A DNA stretch of 63,176 bases, filler included, from Nemertoderma westbladi (Eukaryota > Animalia > Xenacoelomorpha): the NCBI GenBank assembly GCA_032718475.1. It is 3 parts of 3 records of this genome, joined end to end, with 100 filler letters (N's around TTAATTAATTAA, not from the genome) between each part and the next. Parts side by side here need not be neighbours in the genome. Positions count along the whole stretch, not along the records: positions 20,200 to 50,804 come from JAUCBJ010003737.1; positions 50,905 to 63,176 come from JAUCBJ010000670.1; 1 more part is not named here. One strand, given 5' to 3'. Shown in pieces: positions 39,901 through 53,057 of the stretch. Position numbers and translations under genes: made by a program. Within the stretch, counting starts at the first letter, position 1. Every line of letters starts with the position of its first letter. Under the pieces are notes generated by a model, which was not told the origin of the DNA, did no database searches, and saw only the letters and a list, made by a program, of their open reading frames with translations.

Positions 39901-40480
39901 TTAATGGAAGAAATCGCCGCCTATCTCAACGAGAGACTGCTTATGCCAGTCTCATCTAGTCCCGACTCCCTAGAAGTGCTAACACCCGCGCATTTCCTAC
40001 TAAAGAAACCTGTAGCCATGCTCCCGCAATCTGAAATAACAGACAGAGACGAATACTGCTGACAAACTTGGCAACTTATGCAGTTATTATCCCGTCGTTT
40101 CGCTGACCATTTCGAAAAACATTATCTTCCTACGCTACAACTTCGAACAAAGTGGTTTGCGCATCAAGAAAACGTCAGCGCCGGAGACATGGTCCTTATC
40201 GTGGAATCAGATCTTCCCCGTAAGAGGTGGCAGACAGGTCGTATCATCGAGACTCACATATCCGATGATGGTTTAGTTGCGATCGGTAGAACTCGTCGTC
40301 ATGCGACGTAACTTTAAGAAACCTGGAATTGTGTTCGAAACGCAACAACTTAATCGCCCGGTTGGTCGTTTATGTTTACTGGAAAGAGATCGAGAGTTGT
40401 CCGGTAACTATGGAAGGCAAGAGACTCTTCCCACGACCACCTCCCTAATCCAACAAACATCTTGGGACTCCCCAACGTAA
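33954..40480 (+). mobile_element. BEL/Pao retrotransposon copy C (diverged relative of A/B): gag C-terminus, PR, RT, RNase H, integrase; pseudogenised
   Basis: Same gag/PR/RT motifs as A/B. RNase H LHVFGDAS/VPRAEL/HWTDA; integrase H..H..C..C, GVDLFGP, RSDKGTNF, WERLI. Many stops and frameshifts. Confidence 0.93.
35427..36134. mobile_element. Tc1/mariner-type MITE nested in BEL copy C
   Basis: ta-cagtacaggccaccagaaaa.gcagattt ... aaatctgc.ttttctggtggcctgtactg-ta. Removing it restores the EDIFAGQ seen in copies A/B. Confidence 0.92.
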
Positions 40481-40488
40481 CAGCGTTT

Positions 40489-41000
40489 GGAGTGGGTGTG
40501 TGACTACAATATTTTATTTTTATTTTTATTTTATATTTATGTATGTATTATTATGTAATTTTATTATTATAATCGTTTTCTTTAATTTTATTTAGTAGAA
40601 TAATATTTTAACGATTATTCAGTAGATTATTGCAATATATTTGTGTATTATTACTTAATTACTTAGTATAATATATTTCGTTTAATGGCGAGAAATAATT
40701 CATTTTCTCTTTCCTTACTGTCCGTATCATACTATAAATACGTGACTACAGTAAGATGAAATGTCAGTACTTATTAAAGTACAATATACCGCCCCTACTA
40801 TACTTAAGTATTATTGGTAAGTAGAGTATTAGGAATGCAAAGTTCAGATCCTCGTGTCTCGGCTAAACCAAGCTCTGGGTAGACCTTGGAAACGACTTGC
40901 CTCTTCTCACTGACATTGCTTCCTGCAATATTGCTCTCATACCGTATCTTAAATAATACGTATAGTAGAATGATGTCCATTTAACAGTAGCGATTGAAGC
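40489..41000 (+). mobile_element. Putative polypurine tract and start of the 3' LTR of BEL copy C
   Basis: ggagtgggtg just after the pol stop, followed by TGTGACTAC at about 40499. No second LTR found, so the right boundary is unknown. Confidence 0.5.
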
Positions 41001-41041
41001 GCAAAATATTTGTTAAACAAATCTGTTAATCAATCTTCAAA

Positions 41042-41385
41042 TAAATCTGTTAAACCCTGACCATCTGAAATTCTCGTCGATTAAGATATCGCGGTACCCA
41101 CCGATATACTTGAAAGACAAAATTCTAGAATCAGTGGTTAACGTCCCCAGACATGTTCTGGAATAAATCGGTGCCCATCCTAAATATTAAATATTAAATA
41201 TTTGATAAATATTTACAACGTTTGTTATAACAAATGTTAAAATAGAGAAAAATTATAATTAAATCTGTTAAAACTTTAGATCCTCTAAAATTCTAGTCGA
41301 TTAAGATATCATAGTACTTACCGATACTCTTAAAAGACAAAATTCTGGAATTAAGGATCCTGGCCCCCAGACATGTTCTGGAATG
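41042..41385. repeat. Diverged direct repeat (about 120 bp, spacing about 220 bp)
   Basis: aaatctgttaa...gtcgattaagatatc...aaagacaaaattct...ccccagacatgttctggaat occurs twice. Confidence 0.75.
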
Positions 41386-42197
41386 AAATTGTGTCTATTT
41401 TAATATCAAATAATAAAACTCACGGGAATAAAATTTTAAATTAATATCCTCTCATGAATTTAATAAATTGTCATTTTATACAATTTATAAACATTCCCAA
41501 AATTCCATTAATTAATAGATCATGGGAGCGGAGATTCACCCTATTAAGTATATCAGTGTGAGAGAATCTCCAGTGTACAGTCAATAGACGATAAAATTCA
41601 TAAAATCATGTATAAGGGGAATATTGACAATTAAAGAATCACTATTAAATAGCATCCCAGATCTGTATGCATGAGAAATGCTAGCTTTGCATAATGTCAC
41701 CATAGTAACAACCACGCTAGAATTAGAAGTGAGTTAAAAGAACAATAGAAAGCTTGCCCCATTGAATAGCATGCAGAATAAATAGCAACTTGCTAGTATC
41801 TAGGGATACATAATAATAACGTGGCATTCTGGAAGGCATTTGACTAACAGAGAAATGGCCCTAATTTGTACAAATTGTTGCAGGAATGTGGAATTTGTGT
41901 ATTTATAGGTGAATGTTACTACTAAAGTGTGTTTACAGTAGCGAGTCGCAGTTGTGAAAGTTACTCTGCATCTGTAGCAAGTACCTCCAGTATATCCAAG
42001 ACCTTGGGATGGACAGTGGAGTGACTCGCGCTGGTTATTGTTGTCGTTGTGTAGCTACTACGTTGGCAAGAGGCACAGTGACGACAGTACATCAGCGCTG
42101 AGGATCTCACGCTGTCCGGGGGCATAGAAGGGGAGGCAGCGACGACCGTTAGCCTTATTATTATTAACTATAATATCGATAAACTCATATAGCGGCT

Positions 42198-43576
42198 ATG
42201 ACTGAGTTGATAGAAGATGATCTTGGTATCAGGGAGCGATATACCCTACCACTGCAAGCGTTTGTTGATAGTTTGATAAGCGGAGATGCTAGTCAACACA
42301 CGACAGAAAACGATGGCCGTTATATCGAACCGCCAATGTCAAAGGAACAGCTCAAGCATGAATTGGACTATCGGAAATTCACCGCTCGCTATACGCATCG
42401 TAATCGAACGTATATGGACTTCTTAACTACTGGTCATCCTATCGATTTACATGATACGGACGATGTAGACACCGAAAGGGAAATGATTCTATTTAAATAT
42501 CATGCCCAGCGGAGACGGAATGATAAACTGAGAATTGAACATGAAAATTCTATTCGAAACCGTCACGAAAGAGAAGATGTTGAAGAACCAGATAAACGTA
42601 ATGACTTCAACGAATATTTAGAATTCTTGAGAGAAACTTATCTCAATATGGCTAGTCAACAAAATCTAGAAACTCGATATCCTCAAGGTATAACCCTATG
42701 GTAGAAGTCAAACGACTCTATTTTACTATGATGTATCTTACCGCCGATCGACCGCTACCTGTTGTACCGGATAGCTTCGAACAGATGGAGGAATATTGTA
42801 AAACTGGAGAAAGATCACCAGCATTTCCCTTACAAGATGTGTGTCTTTGGTATTACTGCGATGAATGCCCTAGACCCAATCAACAAACGGAAAGACGTAA
42901 AAATCCGCGGAGACGTTGCGCTAAACACAGTTTTACTCGCTATACTTACGGGAGTTTTGAGCATAACTTGTTCGATGTATCACCTACGCTCGCTCGACTC
43001 AAACGATCCTTAAATAAACCTATGATCAGAGTTCCGGAATACTCGGTCAGACCTCCTCATTCCCTGGTGCGACCTCAGACTCTTGATCCTAATAGTATGA
43101 CGGATCCTCCTGAATTGTACTCATTGTTCAAAGATCTAGTGTTACCCGAACAATTAGTCGGTGGCACTCCGGTTATGGGCTCTCTAGATATTCGTCCATC
43201 CTACCTAGCCGGATTGGGACGCGGATATCTAATATCTCCGTTCAACCCGTATAATCGTCCCAGTTTAACTCCGATACAACCTGTCACCGAGGTGGAAGAA
43301 AGCGTTGTACAAAATGCGCTAGACGTTATTCGGCAAAAGATCGGAAAAGGAACCTACGATTGTTTAGACAAATGTAAATTGCAACAACAAGTCCAAGCGG
43401 TAAAAGAATTGGCTTTACCTCAGTTCGATCGAGAAATCCAGAATCTTGAGGAAGATATCGAACTTGGACGAACATACTCTCTACAAGAGTTCTTGGACAA
43501 GCGACTTTCCTACGACAAGCGGAGGAAAATCAGCTTGAGGAGAAGCACATCGAAATGGATGAGAGAGAGGAAGTAG
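42198..43576 (+). CDS. Unknown protein(s), two overlapping ORFs (168 and 292 aa), probably one frameshifted retroelement ORF
   Basis: Long open frames with protein-like composition, a 7-bp overlap and a CDEC...CAKH motif; abuts the RTE fragment. No family recognised. Confidence 0.5.
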
Positions 43577-43619
43577 CTTTAGCCCAACCGGAAGCTCAAA
43601 CGTGAGTGAGAGACTGAAT

Positions 43620-44215
43620 CAAAGACTGAATAACAGCCAGATGCATGTCTTTCTTTTTTGATAACTCTTCAATTATCCTTCTATGTGCCAAAATGTGCTC
43701 CATGGTCCCACGACCTTTACGGAACCCATTCTGATTTCCATGAAGCAGTATCTCAATGGGATCCTTGATGCGATTTAATAGAATTCTATTATATAGCTTT
43801 GCAGCAATCGAGATCAATGAGATTCCCCGAAAAGAACCATAGAGTGTTAGGTTGCCCTTCTTGGGAACTGGCACCAACTTATTTGTTTTCATTTCTTGTG
43901 GGACTCTTGTTGTTCGGTACATGTCTACTATGATGGGATAGATGAGCTTTAAACACTCAGGTATTTTAAAGACCTCAGGGGGAACACCATCTACTCCACT
44001 GGAGCGATTGGTCTTAATGCTCTTTGCAGAAGCCTTCACTTCTGCAAAGAAGATATCGCCAATGGGAATATCTGGGAGTACAGACTCAGACACTTTTACT
44101 TCTATAAAGTTATCAGGCAATACCCTGTCATTATTGAGGAGCTTTTCAAAGTGGGCCTTCCAACCATTGAGGCGATCGGCTGGTGATTCAGCCTTAACCT
44201 TGGTGGTACTAACAT
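43620..44215 (-). mobile_element. RTE-clade LINE reverse transcriptase fragment (N-terminal RT)
   Basis: SSGVDGVPPEVFK, LVPVPKKGNL, FRGISLISIAAKLYNRILLNRI, QNGFRKGRGTMEHI. Confidence 0.9.
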
Positions 44216-45418
44216 GAGAACACTCGGTATCGGTTGAGTGTAACGCTATAAATGGTACATACTAACATGGGAGTGAGAGATTGTCTGATATTCCAATGTA
44301 TATATATTATCGTCAACTGTTTGCTGTGCATTCTTCCTATCCTTAGGGGTTCTATTCATTGTACCATCTTCACCGACCTCGTCCCGGATATTTATCCCAT
44401 TAACATCTATGTCATCTGCAAAATATATGTATATATTTATAAATCTATTTATCTTTTTATTTACTTACATACATACGTGATTATATTTACAAACTAAATA
44501 TTATAGTAATTTTTTGTATTGTCTGCATCTGTAATGAATGACTACTGTAGATATATAGTTCCCCACAGCCCAGCATCGATTTGACTTTATTTCATGGCGT
44601 ATTTTACGTCCACTTGATACTAACAGACGCTTTTCATAAATATTATTATGTTCAAAACGTCTAATACTCGCACATTATTACCTTCATTGTGCATTACATT
44701 GCTATATTGAGACTCACCACCAGGAAGTGTATGTCTCATTGACATTACGGACATTGGTTTGCAGCCTCGTTGTCCGTCAGCCTCGTCACCAAATTGAACT
44801 TCATCAATAACATTACCAGTGGATTTACGAAGTTTAGGGGAGGTATTTGCAGAAGACAGTAACAATAATAGATAATTTGGGTTATTATTATTATTAATTA
44901 TTATTCCATCAACGTTGACACAATTCTGACTAGTCACTTATCGGGAACCTGAACTTAATTTTTGATTGTATTGATTATGTGTTTAGAGTTGATACATTCA
45001 ACTGACAGTTACAGCTGATAAAACGACTCGAGGTTTACATTTTTTCGACTAACCGACAGCCGACAGCAGACAACCGACAGGGGACAACCGATAGGGCTTT
45101 TTTTTTATTAGAAACCATTTTAGTTACCAATAAGGGAAACTAAAAGTTTCTACTAGTTTATCACAAACTGATAGCCTCGCCTTCACTCCTATATATTTTG
45201 GGAATGACGGTTTTAGTATATCTAATAGATAATAGTATAATGTACTTTAATATAGGCTCTCATGCTGCTCGAAGGCCCCACGAACGTGTATATGTCCTGT
45301 ATAACCTTTGTTGAAGGATCTAATAAAATTTAGGAAAATGACCTTGAGTAAACGAATCATTGATTCTCACCCATCAGATCGGTTTCCTACAAAAACAAAT
45401 AAACTAATATAAATAACG

Positions 45419-46113
45419 GGATAGTTCTTTTTACAGAACACAGCAGAACACAGTAGAACACAGCAGAATACAATAGAATACAGGCGGAACATAGGCGAAC
45501 ACAGCTGTAATTAAAATCTACACCAAAAAATAACACACTTGGGAAAGTACCGGATTTAATCATACAACTGTAAGATGTGAATTACATATTTAAATTAAAT
45601 GGCGGTTTTCCATATCCTCCAAAATAAATTACTTCTCATTATCCTGTAACCATGGAGAGTTGGTTAGTTCTACAGCAGTACAGTACCGGTCAGTACATTG
45701 GTAATATACTCTACACTGTGCCCGGTAATTGCTGGTAAATGCCTACATCTGTCTGTCTGTACAATGTACAGTCTGTCAGTCTGTACATGTCTCTACAGCA
45801 CTAGGCCTACTGCAGTACTGGAACAGGCTGACAGGCAGACTACTGGACTAGTAACAGGTACAGGCCTAACCGAACAGCTGATCGGGCAACCCCGATCAGG
45901 TAATTTATTTTGGAGGATATGGAAAACCGCCATTTAATTTAAATATGTAATTGACATCTTACAGTTGTATGATTAAGTCCGGTACTTTCCCAAGTGTGTT
46001 ATTTTTTGGTGTAGATTTTAATTACAGCTGTGTTCGCCTATGTTCCGCCTGTATTCTATTGTGTTCTGCTGTGTTCTACTGTGTTCTGCTGTGTTCTGTA
46101 AAAAGAACTATCC
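45419..46113. mobile_element. Mutator-like (MULE) MITE with about 213-bp TIRs
   Basis: 45419-45632 is nearly the exact reverse complement of 45900-46113; 9-bp TSD taaataacg at 45410-45418 and 46114-46122. Confidence 0.92.
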
Positions 46114-49100
46114 TAAATAACGATGTTTCGCCATATTGTAAAGCTTTGTGAAATGCCGTGGAATTAGGTTTTGCAGTAACTGTGATTAAGGATTCATTGT
46201 CATCCATTCGCGAATCTATTAGATCTAAAGCAGCAGCGGGAAAGTCCACGTAAATTACATATCTGTCACTAAATCCAGACCCAAAGTATACGACTCCAAA
46301 TAGTGCAGCATTACCTGTCACTACTGCTGCACTCGTCTGCTGCTTCATACCCTTCATCGAGACACGAGGCTGAAATAAAGAGTATAATATAAATAAATAT
46401 TTATTAATTAAATAATTATCATCTGGAACGGCATCAGTGATTATTCAGTTTTATTCGCTTCAGGTTATTATTTCAGTATATTAACTCTAGAAAATTGCAA
46501 TATTGTATGTTTAATATAATATATAGAAATATAATACTCACTATTTCCATCCTCCCCTCTTAGATAGCGCTGGATGGTTCGGCTGCAACAGGAGAGCCCA
46601 AGGCTCGACAGAGAATTATGAGGTATAGATACTGCAGCCTATTTAACGGAACATAGAAACCAACATCAACACCAACTTCAAACCTCATAATTTAACGGTC
46701 TAGTATCACTCCTTATCAAGTAGGCATTTTGCTTTGATCTTTTTTTAGGTGGATCTTTAAAGGATTTTTCCAGGAGAACGGCGAAAGCTAGAACGATTCT
46801 GTTTGCGCGATCTGGTAGATGGCCCTAGCGCGATAGCTAGGAGTTTTTGTGAAAAAAATCTGTTAATTAATTAATTAGTAATTAGCGATTAAAGATTTCT
46901 AATTGATTTTTCTCGAAAAGTATTTGGTTTTTCACCTAGCAACGGTGTTTTTTTATGTTCATCTCGGTAAGATCTAAAAAAAGTTCAGTCATCGCTATGG
47001 CCCTCCTATTACTGTTAATTAGTACTAATTAGCCGAAAACTAATTAGCGTCGTAACTCGAAAACACTAAGAGCTATCAAAAAACGTAACATCACAAAGTT
47101 GTTCGGAATTTTATTCTACACAAAAAAGTCTCTGGCGCCGATGCCGTATCTCCTACCGTTAATTAGTAATTAACTAATTACTTAATTACCTAATTGGCGG
47201 GGGGGCTTTGTCCCCCCCGCCCCCAAATCCTTATTCACAAGGTGTATCAAAGCGGTTTACTATTTTACAAATGATAATTATTCTAAAATCTTTTGAATCG
47301 AACTAATTAACGATTTTACTAATTAGTAAAGTTTCCCAAATTAATTAATAATTTATCCAATCCGGCTGCAATTATTAATAAGCTGATTGATCAGCCTGGT
47401 TCAGCAAAAGTCAGCAGTTGGTAGTATGCTCAAAAAACTGTGTTCATACTACTGACCTATGCCGGTCCCTAGCTACTACCTCTGTACATAGCTCTGTTTC
47501 TGTACCTAAATCACAGTCTGTACCTACTGACCTAGTGCCCAGTTTACTCTGGGACTGCTATGGTACTGTCAGTCCGAGCTGTATGCCAGTATGCACTGCT
47601 TGCCTAGAACAATGACGGCCGGTACAGCAGTACAGCGCCGCGGTACCGGTACCTACCTGTTGTCCGTTCTTAAGGCATGTAAGTGTAAGGGGACGCTTTA
47701 GGCGGTCTGAATGCCTAAATTATGATCGTTTGAAACAGTTAAAAGGTGCCCAATGTGTAGGCCTATGTAATTGCGTTATTTCAATACAGCACCCAGGGCT
47801 ATCTGACGATATGGATTTAGACCATCGAGGTGGATAGAGGCCATTGATGGGTATCTGATGCATGCAACAGAAAATTTGATCAGACCGAAATCATGCAGTC
47901 AGGACATGATCATTACTGACCGTGTACCGGTAGGTGTCCTGCCTATAGGCAATAACATTTTTTTATATAATATTATGTGAATATGTTAATTGAAGAGACA
48001 GCAACAATACCTGCAATATCCTACTGTAAAGTTTGTGAATCAAATCATAAATCCGACCTTCTCACCAAAACAGTAAACTCTAAGTAAGCGAATATATTGC
48101 AGTATTGATCTCTTATAACCGGTGAGGCAGAAAACAGTCTACGAGCAGACAAACTTCGATAAAACAAATCCCGCGCAGCGAATCCTAAAATCAGGCTGAC
48201 TCACTGACAGACTAAGGGGCTCGTATACTTTGCCGCGGTGTGATTTATATGGTTGGGCAAAGGGACGCTAGCTAGGTACAGGCAGAGATTTGGAGATGTC
48301 TAACTAGCGGGCAAAGCACAGTACGGACAAAAGTTAATTTTATATATTTCGAGGTGTAAATAATTCTAACGCGCGCGTGTTAATTCTGAACGGTCAAAAC
48401 AGTTTTGCTCCTTCACATATATAATTACTGGGTACGGTGTGCATTTTACGAATATTCTAATTTTGTAACTTGTAGGTCCAATACTCACGAATGATAAGGT
48501 TCCTTCCCCTCTTGCGTATTTCCAGGACTCAAATTCAGGCATAAGGTTAATACTACGCCCAGAATTCGGCAATTTTAGGTACCAGGTCCCTGATACTAAG
48601 AAGAGATGTGTTAGTTTACTACTGTAGGCGTACGGGTACTAATAGCTATCCTGGCTCCTATCTAGAATTTTAGTCACCCAGGTAGTCCGGGTAACTTCCT
48701 ATTAGGGCGTTGGCGGGGACACGGTAGATGTTAGTATATCCCTGATAGCCTCAATTTATTTGCGCCTAGTACGTAAACTGCCCTACCGCCTGAACGGTAC
48801 AATCCCAATTCAGGTGAAAACACAGCAACCCCCCTAGCCTACAAGTTCTAATGCAATGGACACTGTCGTACTGCAAATAGTCGCACACACACCTGTACTT
48901 AGCAAGAGTTAAGCGTACAGTTTGCTGCACCCTAACCAATTGGTATGCTTCGTACCGGTGTGCCTACGTCCTATCTGCGTACTAGTATCTGCCTGCGCTC
49001 TCCCTCCCCCCGTAGGAATGTGAAGGTCTACTGTGGGTTTTCCTGAATCAAGACAGTACAGTCCCTATGATGTAATTTTGGGCTTACAGCGTGTCACTAC

Positions 49101-49651
49101 TTCTACCTTTTTGATCTTTTGGTCTTATACTTAGGTAGCAAGGATCGAACGCTGTCTAACCTTTCAGGCGATGGGCGAATAACTCTAAAATGGTATTGTG
49201 GGTTATCTCTCGTCTACATTCCCCCGATGTTCCCGTTCATTGCTGCGGCCCGATCTCTAGCCGGCCATCCTGTCCCTGAGTTTGTTCACCGTAGTGAATC
49301 CATAGTAAAACAGATAGAAAAGCTGAGAGAATATTCTGACTTTATTACAGAAGATACAATTATAATACAATGTAATCTGAGAATAAACTAAGCACGACAG
49401 AATATTGATAAGATAATCTGAGAAAGATTGAGATATAAGATTGATAACTAATGAACGAATCGCACCTTTATATACTAAATTTGTGCTGCAATCAATCGAG
49501 AAAATTCTCGATTGTTCTATGGGTTCTAACAAGGTTTTAAAGATAGCTATTGGTCCAGCTAATATATAACTTGCACGACATTGGTTACAATCAAATAACT
49601 ACAGCCTCATTGGTACAGACAAATGCAATTAATTTGTAGCGGTTAATTTAA

Positions 49652-50129
49652 CCCTATCCATACCGGGGGGGGGACTTTTGGAGACGCACTTTATTTGATT
49701 GCTTGGTTCAAAGCCAATCCACATTTATTGCAAGTGAAATTCCGTTACTTTTCCTAAAATTTATTATTCTTTATCTTAAAACAAAAATTAATTTTCATAT
49801 TATTATTTATGACCATGAAAATGACTCGTAAACTGACCTGTCTCTGAAACTGTCATATTATTGCTGAACTATTATAGGCGGGAAATTTAAAATTCAATCA
49901 ATTTAATATAAATTTAAAATCAATTTAAACATAATTATAGTATATAAATATTATATTTCAGCATTAGTGTGTGGCATATTTGGATAGAGGAATAAATTTT
50001 GTATCTAAAACTTTTTACTTTAAAGTAATATCATTAAACCACACAAAGTTATATGCTTCCAAACTTTACGTCCCCAAAAGTCCCCCCCCCGGTAGGTGGA
50101 GCGTCTAAAGTACCCCGGTATGGATAGGG
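49652..50129. mobile_element. piggyBac-type MITE
   Basis: TTAA-ccctatccataccgggg ... ccccggtatggataggg-TTAA. Confidence 0.9.
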
Positions 50130-50217
50130 TTAAATGAGTTGAAATTCTGTACAAAAAATAATTCGCACTTACTAGGATTCGAACTCGATACCTACTACAC
50201 ATATAATTTCCAACGCT

Positions 50218-50804
50218 CTACTACTAGGATCGGCATGCTGCATTGCAGCTGCATTTTTAAGAATGCTGTGCCGGCTTGTCAACAAAATTGCACCGCCACA
50301 ACTCCCTATCACCCATGACATTTGCTAGATCATCCGCATCTTTAAGGCCAGTGTCCTTTAAGATGCGTCTCAAGAAAGTCATGGGCTGTCCACCATGCTT
50401 ATTCACTCCATGAGGCTGCCAAAGTACAAGATTATGCACTGGCTGGTCCTCACGGCGAAAGCAATGTCCTGCAAAGCGGAGGCGATTTTGTTCTAGTGTC
50501 AAGCTTGGGGGAACCAATGAGACACCTCCAATGTTATATAGTGTCTGGTTGGAGATGTGTGCATTGTACTTGACACAATGTACCCGGCGTAGCATTCTTG
50601 TGAATGTGCCATCCAGAGATTTGGTGTCCTCAGCAGTTAGAGCCCAGCATGGACTCCCGTAGAGGAGTACTGGAACTACTGCTGCTCTAAATAATCGGAC
50701 CTTAAGTTTCCGATTAATTCTAGGTGACTTCCAAATCCTGGAAAGCCTATTCAAGGCTGCCCATGCCTCTTTCCCTTACGTATTCGAAGGTCCTCACCTG
50801 ACTT
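50218..50804 (-). mobile_element. RTE-clade LINE 3' end with (TAG)n tail, cut by the gap
   Basis: KLKVRLFRAAVVPVLLYGS, RLRFAGHCFRR, DRELWR; near-identical to the copy at 58932-59780. Confidence 0.92.
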
Positions 50805-50904
50805 NNNNNNNNNNNNNNNNNNNNNNNNNNNNNNNNNNNNNNNNNNNNTTAATTAATTAANNNNNNNNNNNNNNNNNNNNNNNNNNNNNNNNNNNNNNNN
50901 NNNN
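50805..50904. other. Assembly gap with artificial linker
   Basis: 44 N + TTAATTAATTAA + 44 N. Confidence 0.97.
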
Positions 50905-51146
50905 AAACTAAAACTAATTAATAACTAAACTAAAACGAACTTAAAACTAATCCCGAACTAAACTAATAACTAAACCCGAACGAAACTAAAACTAATTAAA
51001 AACTAAACTAAAACGAACTTAAAAATAATCCCGAACTAAATTAATAACTAAACACGAAAGAAACTAAAACTAATTAATAACTAGACTAAAACGAACTTAA
51101 AACTAACCCCGAACTAAACTAATAACTAAACCCGAACGAAACTAAT
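50905..51146. repeat. A-rich minisatellite, about 78-bp unit, about 3 copies, built from aaact motifs
   Basis: aaactaaaactaatta.taactaaactaaaacgaacttaaaactaatcccgaactaaa... repeated. Confidence 0.85.
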
Positions 51147-51199
51147 AGGGACAACATTATTCGTTTGGAAGCCCAGCTGCTGTCCGGATTCCATGGATT

Positions 51200-51790
51200 G
51201 TCACACCTTTCTGATGCAGTTGTTGCAAGGCTGCCCTTGACTCTGACACTTACACCTCGAGATCCTGCTGCAACTTCTACCATATCGCTTCGAGTGCTGG
51301 CATTGGCAGCCCCGTTTCGGCATTGCGACCTAGACGGAGTCACACGTTGCCATATCCATAAAGAACCAGTGAACAGCCAGCGTAAGCTGCCGACTTCCGG
51401 GATAGTGCAGTAATAAATGGGACCGTAATGATAAAATTCCAGGCCCAACCTTTTTTCCAGATGCAAAATTGGATGATGTTCTTTATCGGCTTCTTGACAC
51501 TGGGCTGTAGTAGATAAATTAGGTGTAACAGTTTGCTTTACAATTGAGTTTGCTACACCAAACATTCCAGGAAGCGATGTAGGCAGAATAGTTCCACTCC
51601 TCGAAAGCTTATTGTGCTGGGGAACCAGCAAGTCATCTGATGATTTCGTAGGATCACCCAACAACTGATAGAAGGAAAGTGTCGCATTCCCTTGTGCCCA
51701 TTCAATGCCAATACAACTGTCAGGATGTCTTTGTAAGAATAACCATTCATTTTAATTTTCTCGCTTTTAATAATACTGCTTTGAAGTCTC
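51200..51790 (-). pseudogene. Degenerate coding fragment ending in a CXC-like Cys cluster, probably the C-terminus of a DNA-transposon protein
   Basis: An alternate minus-strand frame reads PKRGCQCQHSKRYGRSCSRISRCKCQSQGQPCNNC; upstream ORFs are frameshifted. Confidence 0.4.
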
Positions 51791-52117
51791 GTCGTCACAG
51801 TCTGAGGTTATGCGCTGGAGGTAGGCCCACTCCCGTTAGATAGATAGATTTATTTATACATTATGTAAAAACAATAACAAATACACCAAACAATGTACCC
51901 GTATAAAGGTATTGTCCAACATAACATATAGGATTACCCCGAAAGCTTTGCAGCTTATTTCCAAGGGGGTCCTTTATGTTACTTGGTTACAAATACAATA
52001 TTACACTACGCTAACCTAAAACCAATATAAAACGTAATTACACTATGTACAGTACATGTACAACTTTACCGAGAGCGTGACAATGTCCGACTCAACGATA
52101 AAGATGTAATGTACAGA

Positions 52118-52398
52118 ACGTTGGAGGGAGCCGGCCATGGCAGCGAATGCGGCTTGGGGTTGGGCCTCGGCCATCTCGGAGAGACGATCAACCGATGCGA
52201 CCCACACAGCAACTTTGGCCTGAACGTAACCCAATTGCTCTGCAGTCCCACCAAGATACCCACCAGGAAACGGTGACCCGATACTATGTTTATCTCCTGG
52301 CCAGCGAAAACTCTACGAGCCTCCTCCTCGTACTGTGGAGCTACAACGAGGTAACTCTTGGAGGGTTCCGGATAGTAGTCGAGGGTGGGGCCGGAAGA
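52118..52398 (-). mobile_element. CRE-like non-LTR retrotransposon RT fragment
   Basis: GPTLDYYPEPSKSYLVVAPQYEEEARRVFAGQEINIVSGHRFL, frameshift, then KVAVWVASVDRLSEMAEAQPQAAFAA; motif style typical of metazoan CRE-like elements. Confidence 0.7.
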
Positions 52399-52512
52399 CT
52401 TTAATCAAAATGTAAAAAGACAGAGTGCGATTGTATTAGAGTATTTAACTCAGATTAGAACCTTAGCCTATCAGATGAACCCAAATAATACAAAATTTTT
52501 AATTAGTGCTTA

Positions 52513-53057
52513 CCACAACCTATATTTATGGATTTATATATAGCATTCAAAGAACATGAAATTATACATGGTCTTAAGCGAAAATAGTCAGAAACAACAA
52601 AATAAGTATAGATAGCTAAACAAATAAACAATAATATAAATTAAACTCTTTATCAACAACCGAGTTCTTTATGAATCTTTTTTTTCCCTCCATAGAATTA
52701 AAACTTGCTAGTTCGCATTAGTAACGCTAATTTAATAGTTTTCACAACTTTATTAGCCACCGCTCTAGAACATGGATATATGGGCAAATTTGTGTCATTG
52801 CCTACAACCTATATTTATGGATTTATAGCATTGAAAGTGCTGAAATTTTACATCATCTTAACCGAAAATAGACAGAAACAACAAAATAAGTATAGATAGC
52901 TAAACAAATAAACAATAATATAAATTAAGCTCTTTATCAACAACCGAGTTCTTTATGAATCTTTTTCGCCGCTCCATAGAATTAAATCTCGCTAGTTACC
53001 CATTAGTAACACTAATTTAATTGTTGTCACAACTTTATCAGCCACTGCTCCAGAACA
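52513..53057. repeat. Tandem duplication, about 290-bp unit, 2 copies
   Basis: acaacctatatttatggattta...cagaaacaacaaaataagtatagatagctaaac...ctttatcaacaaccgagttctttatg occurs twice. Confidence 0.88.

Noticed and set aside
46120-46690. Possible small minus-strand exons (ttttatttcag-type acceptor near 46370, gtgagt donor near 46541)
   Set aside because: Splice-like signals exist, but the peptides match nothing recognisable and are not dynein.
48230-49620. Possible solo LTR or retroelement promoter (minus-strand TATA and CCAAT boxes near 49470-49615)
   Set aside because: No paired repeat, TSD or coding remnant to support boundaries.
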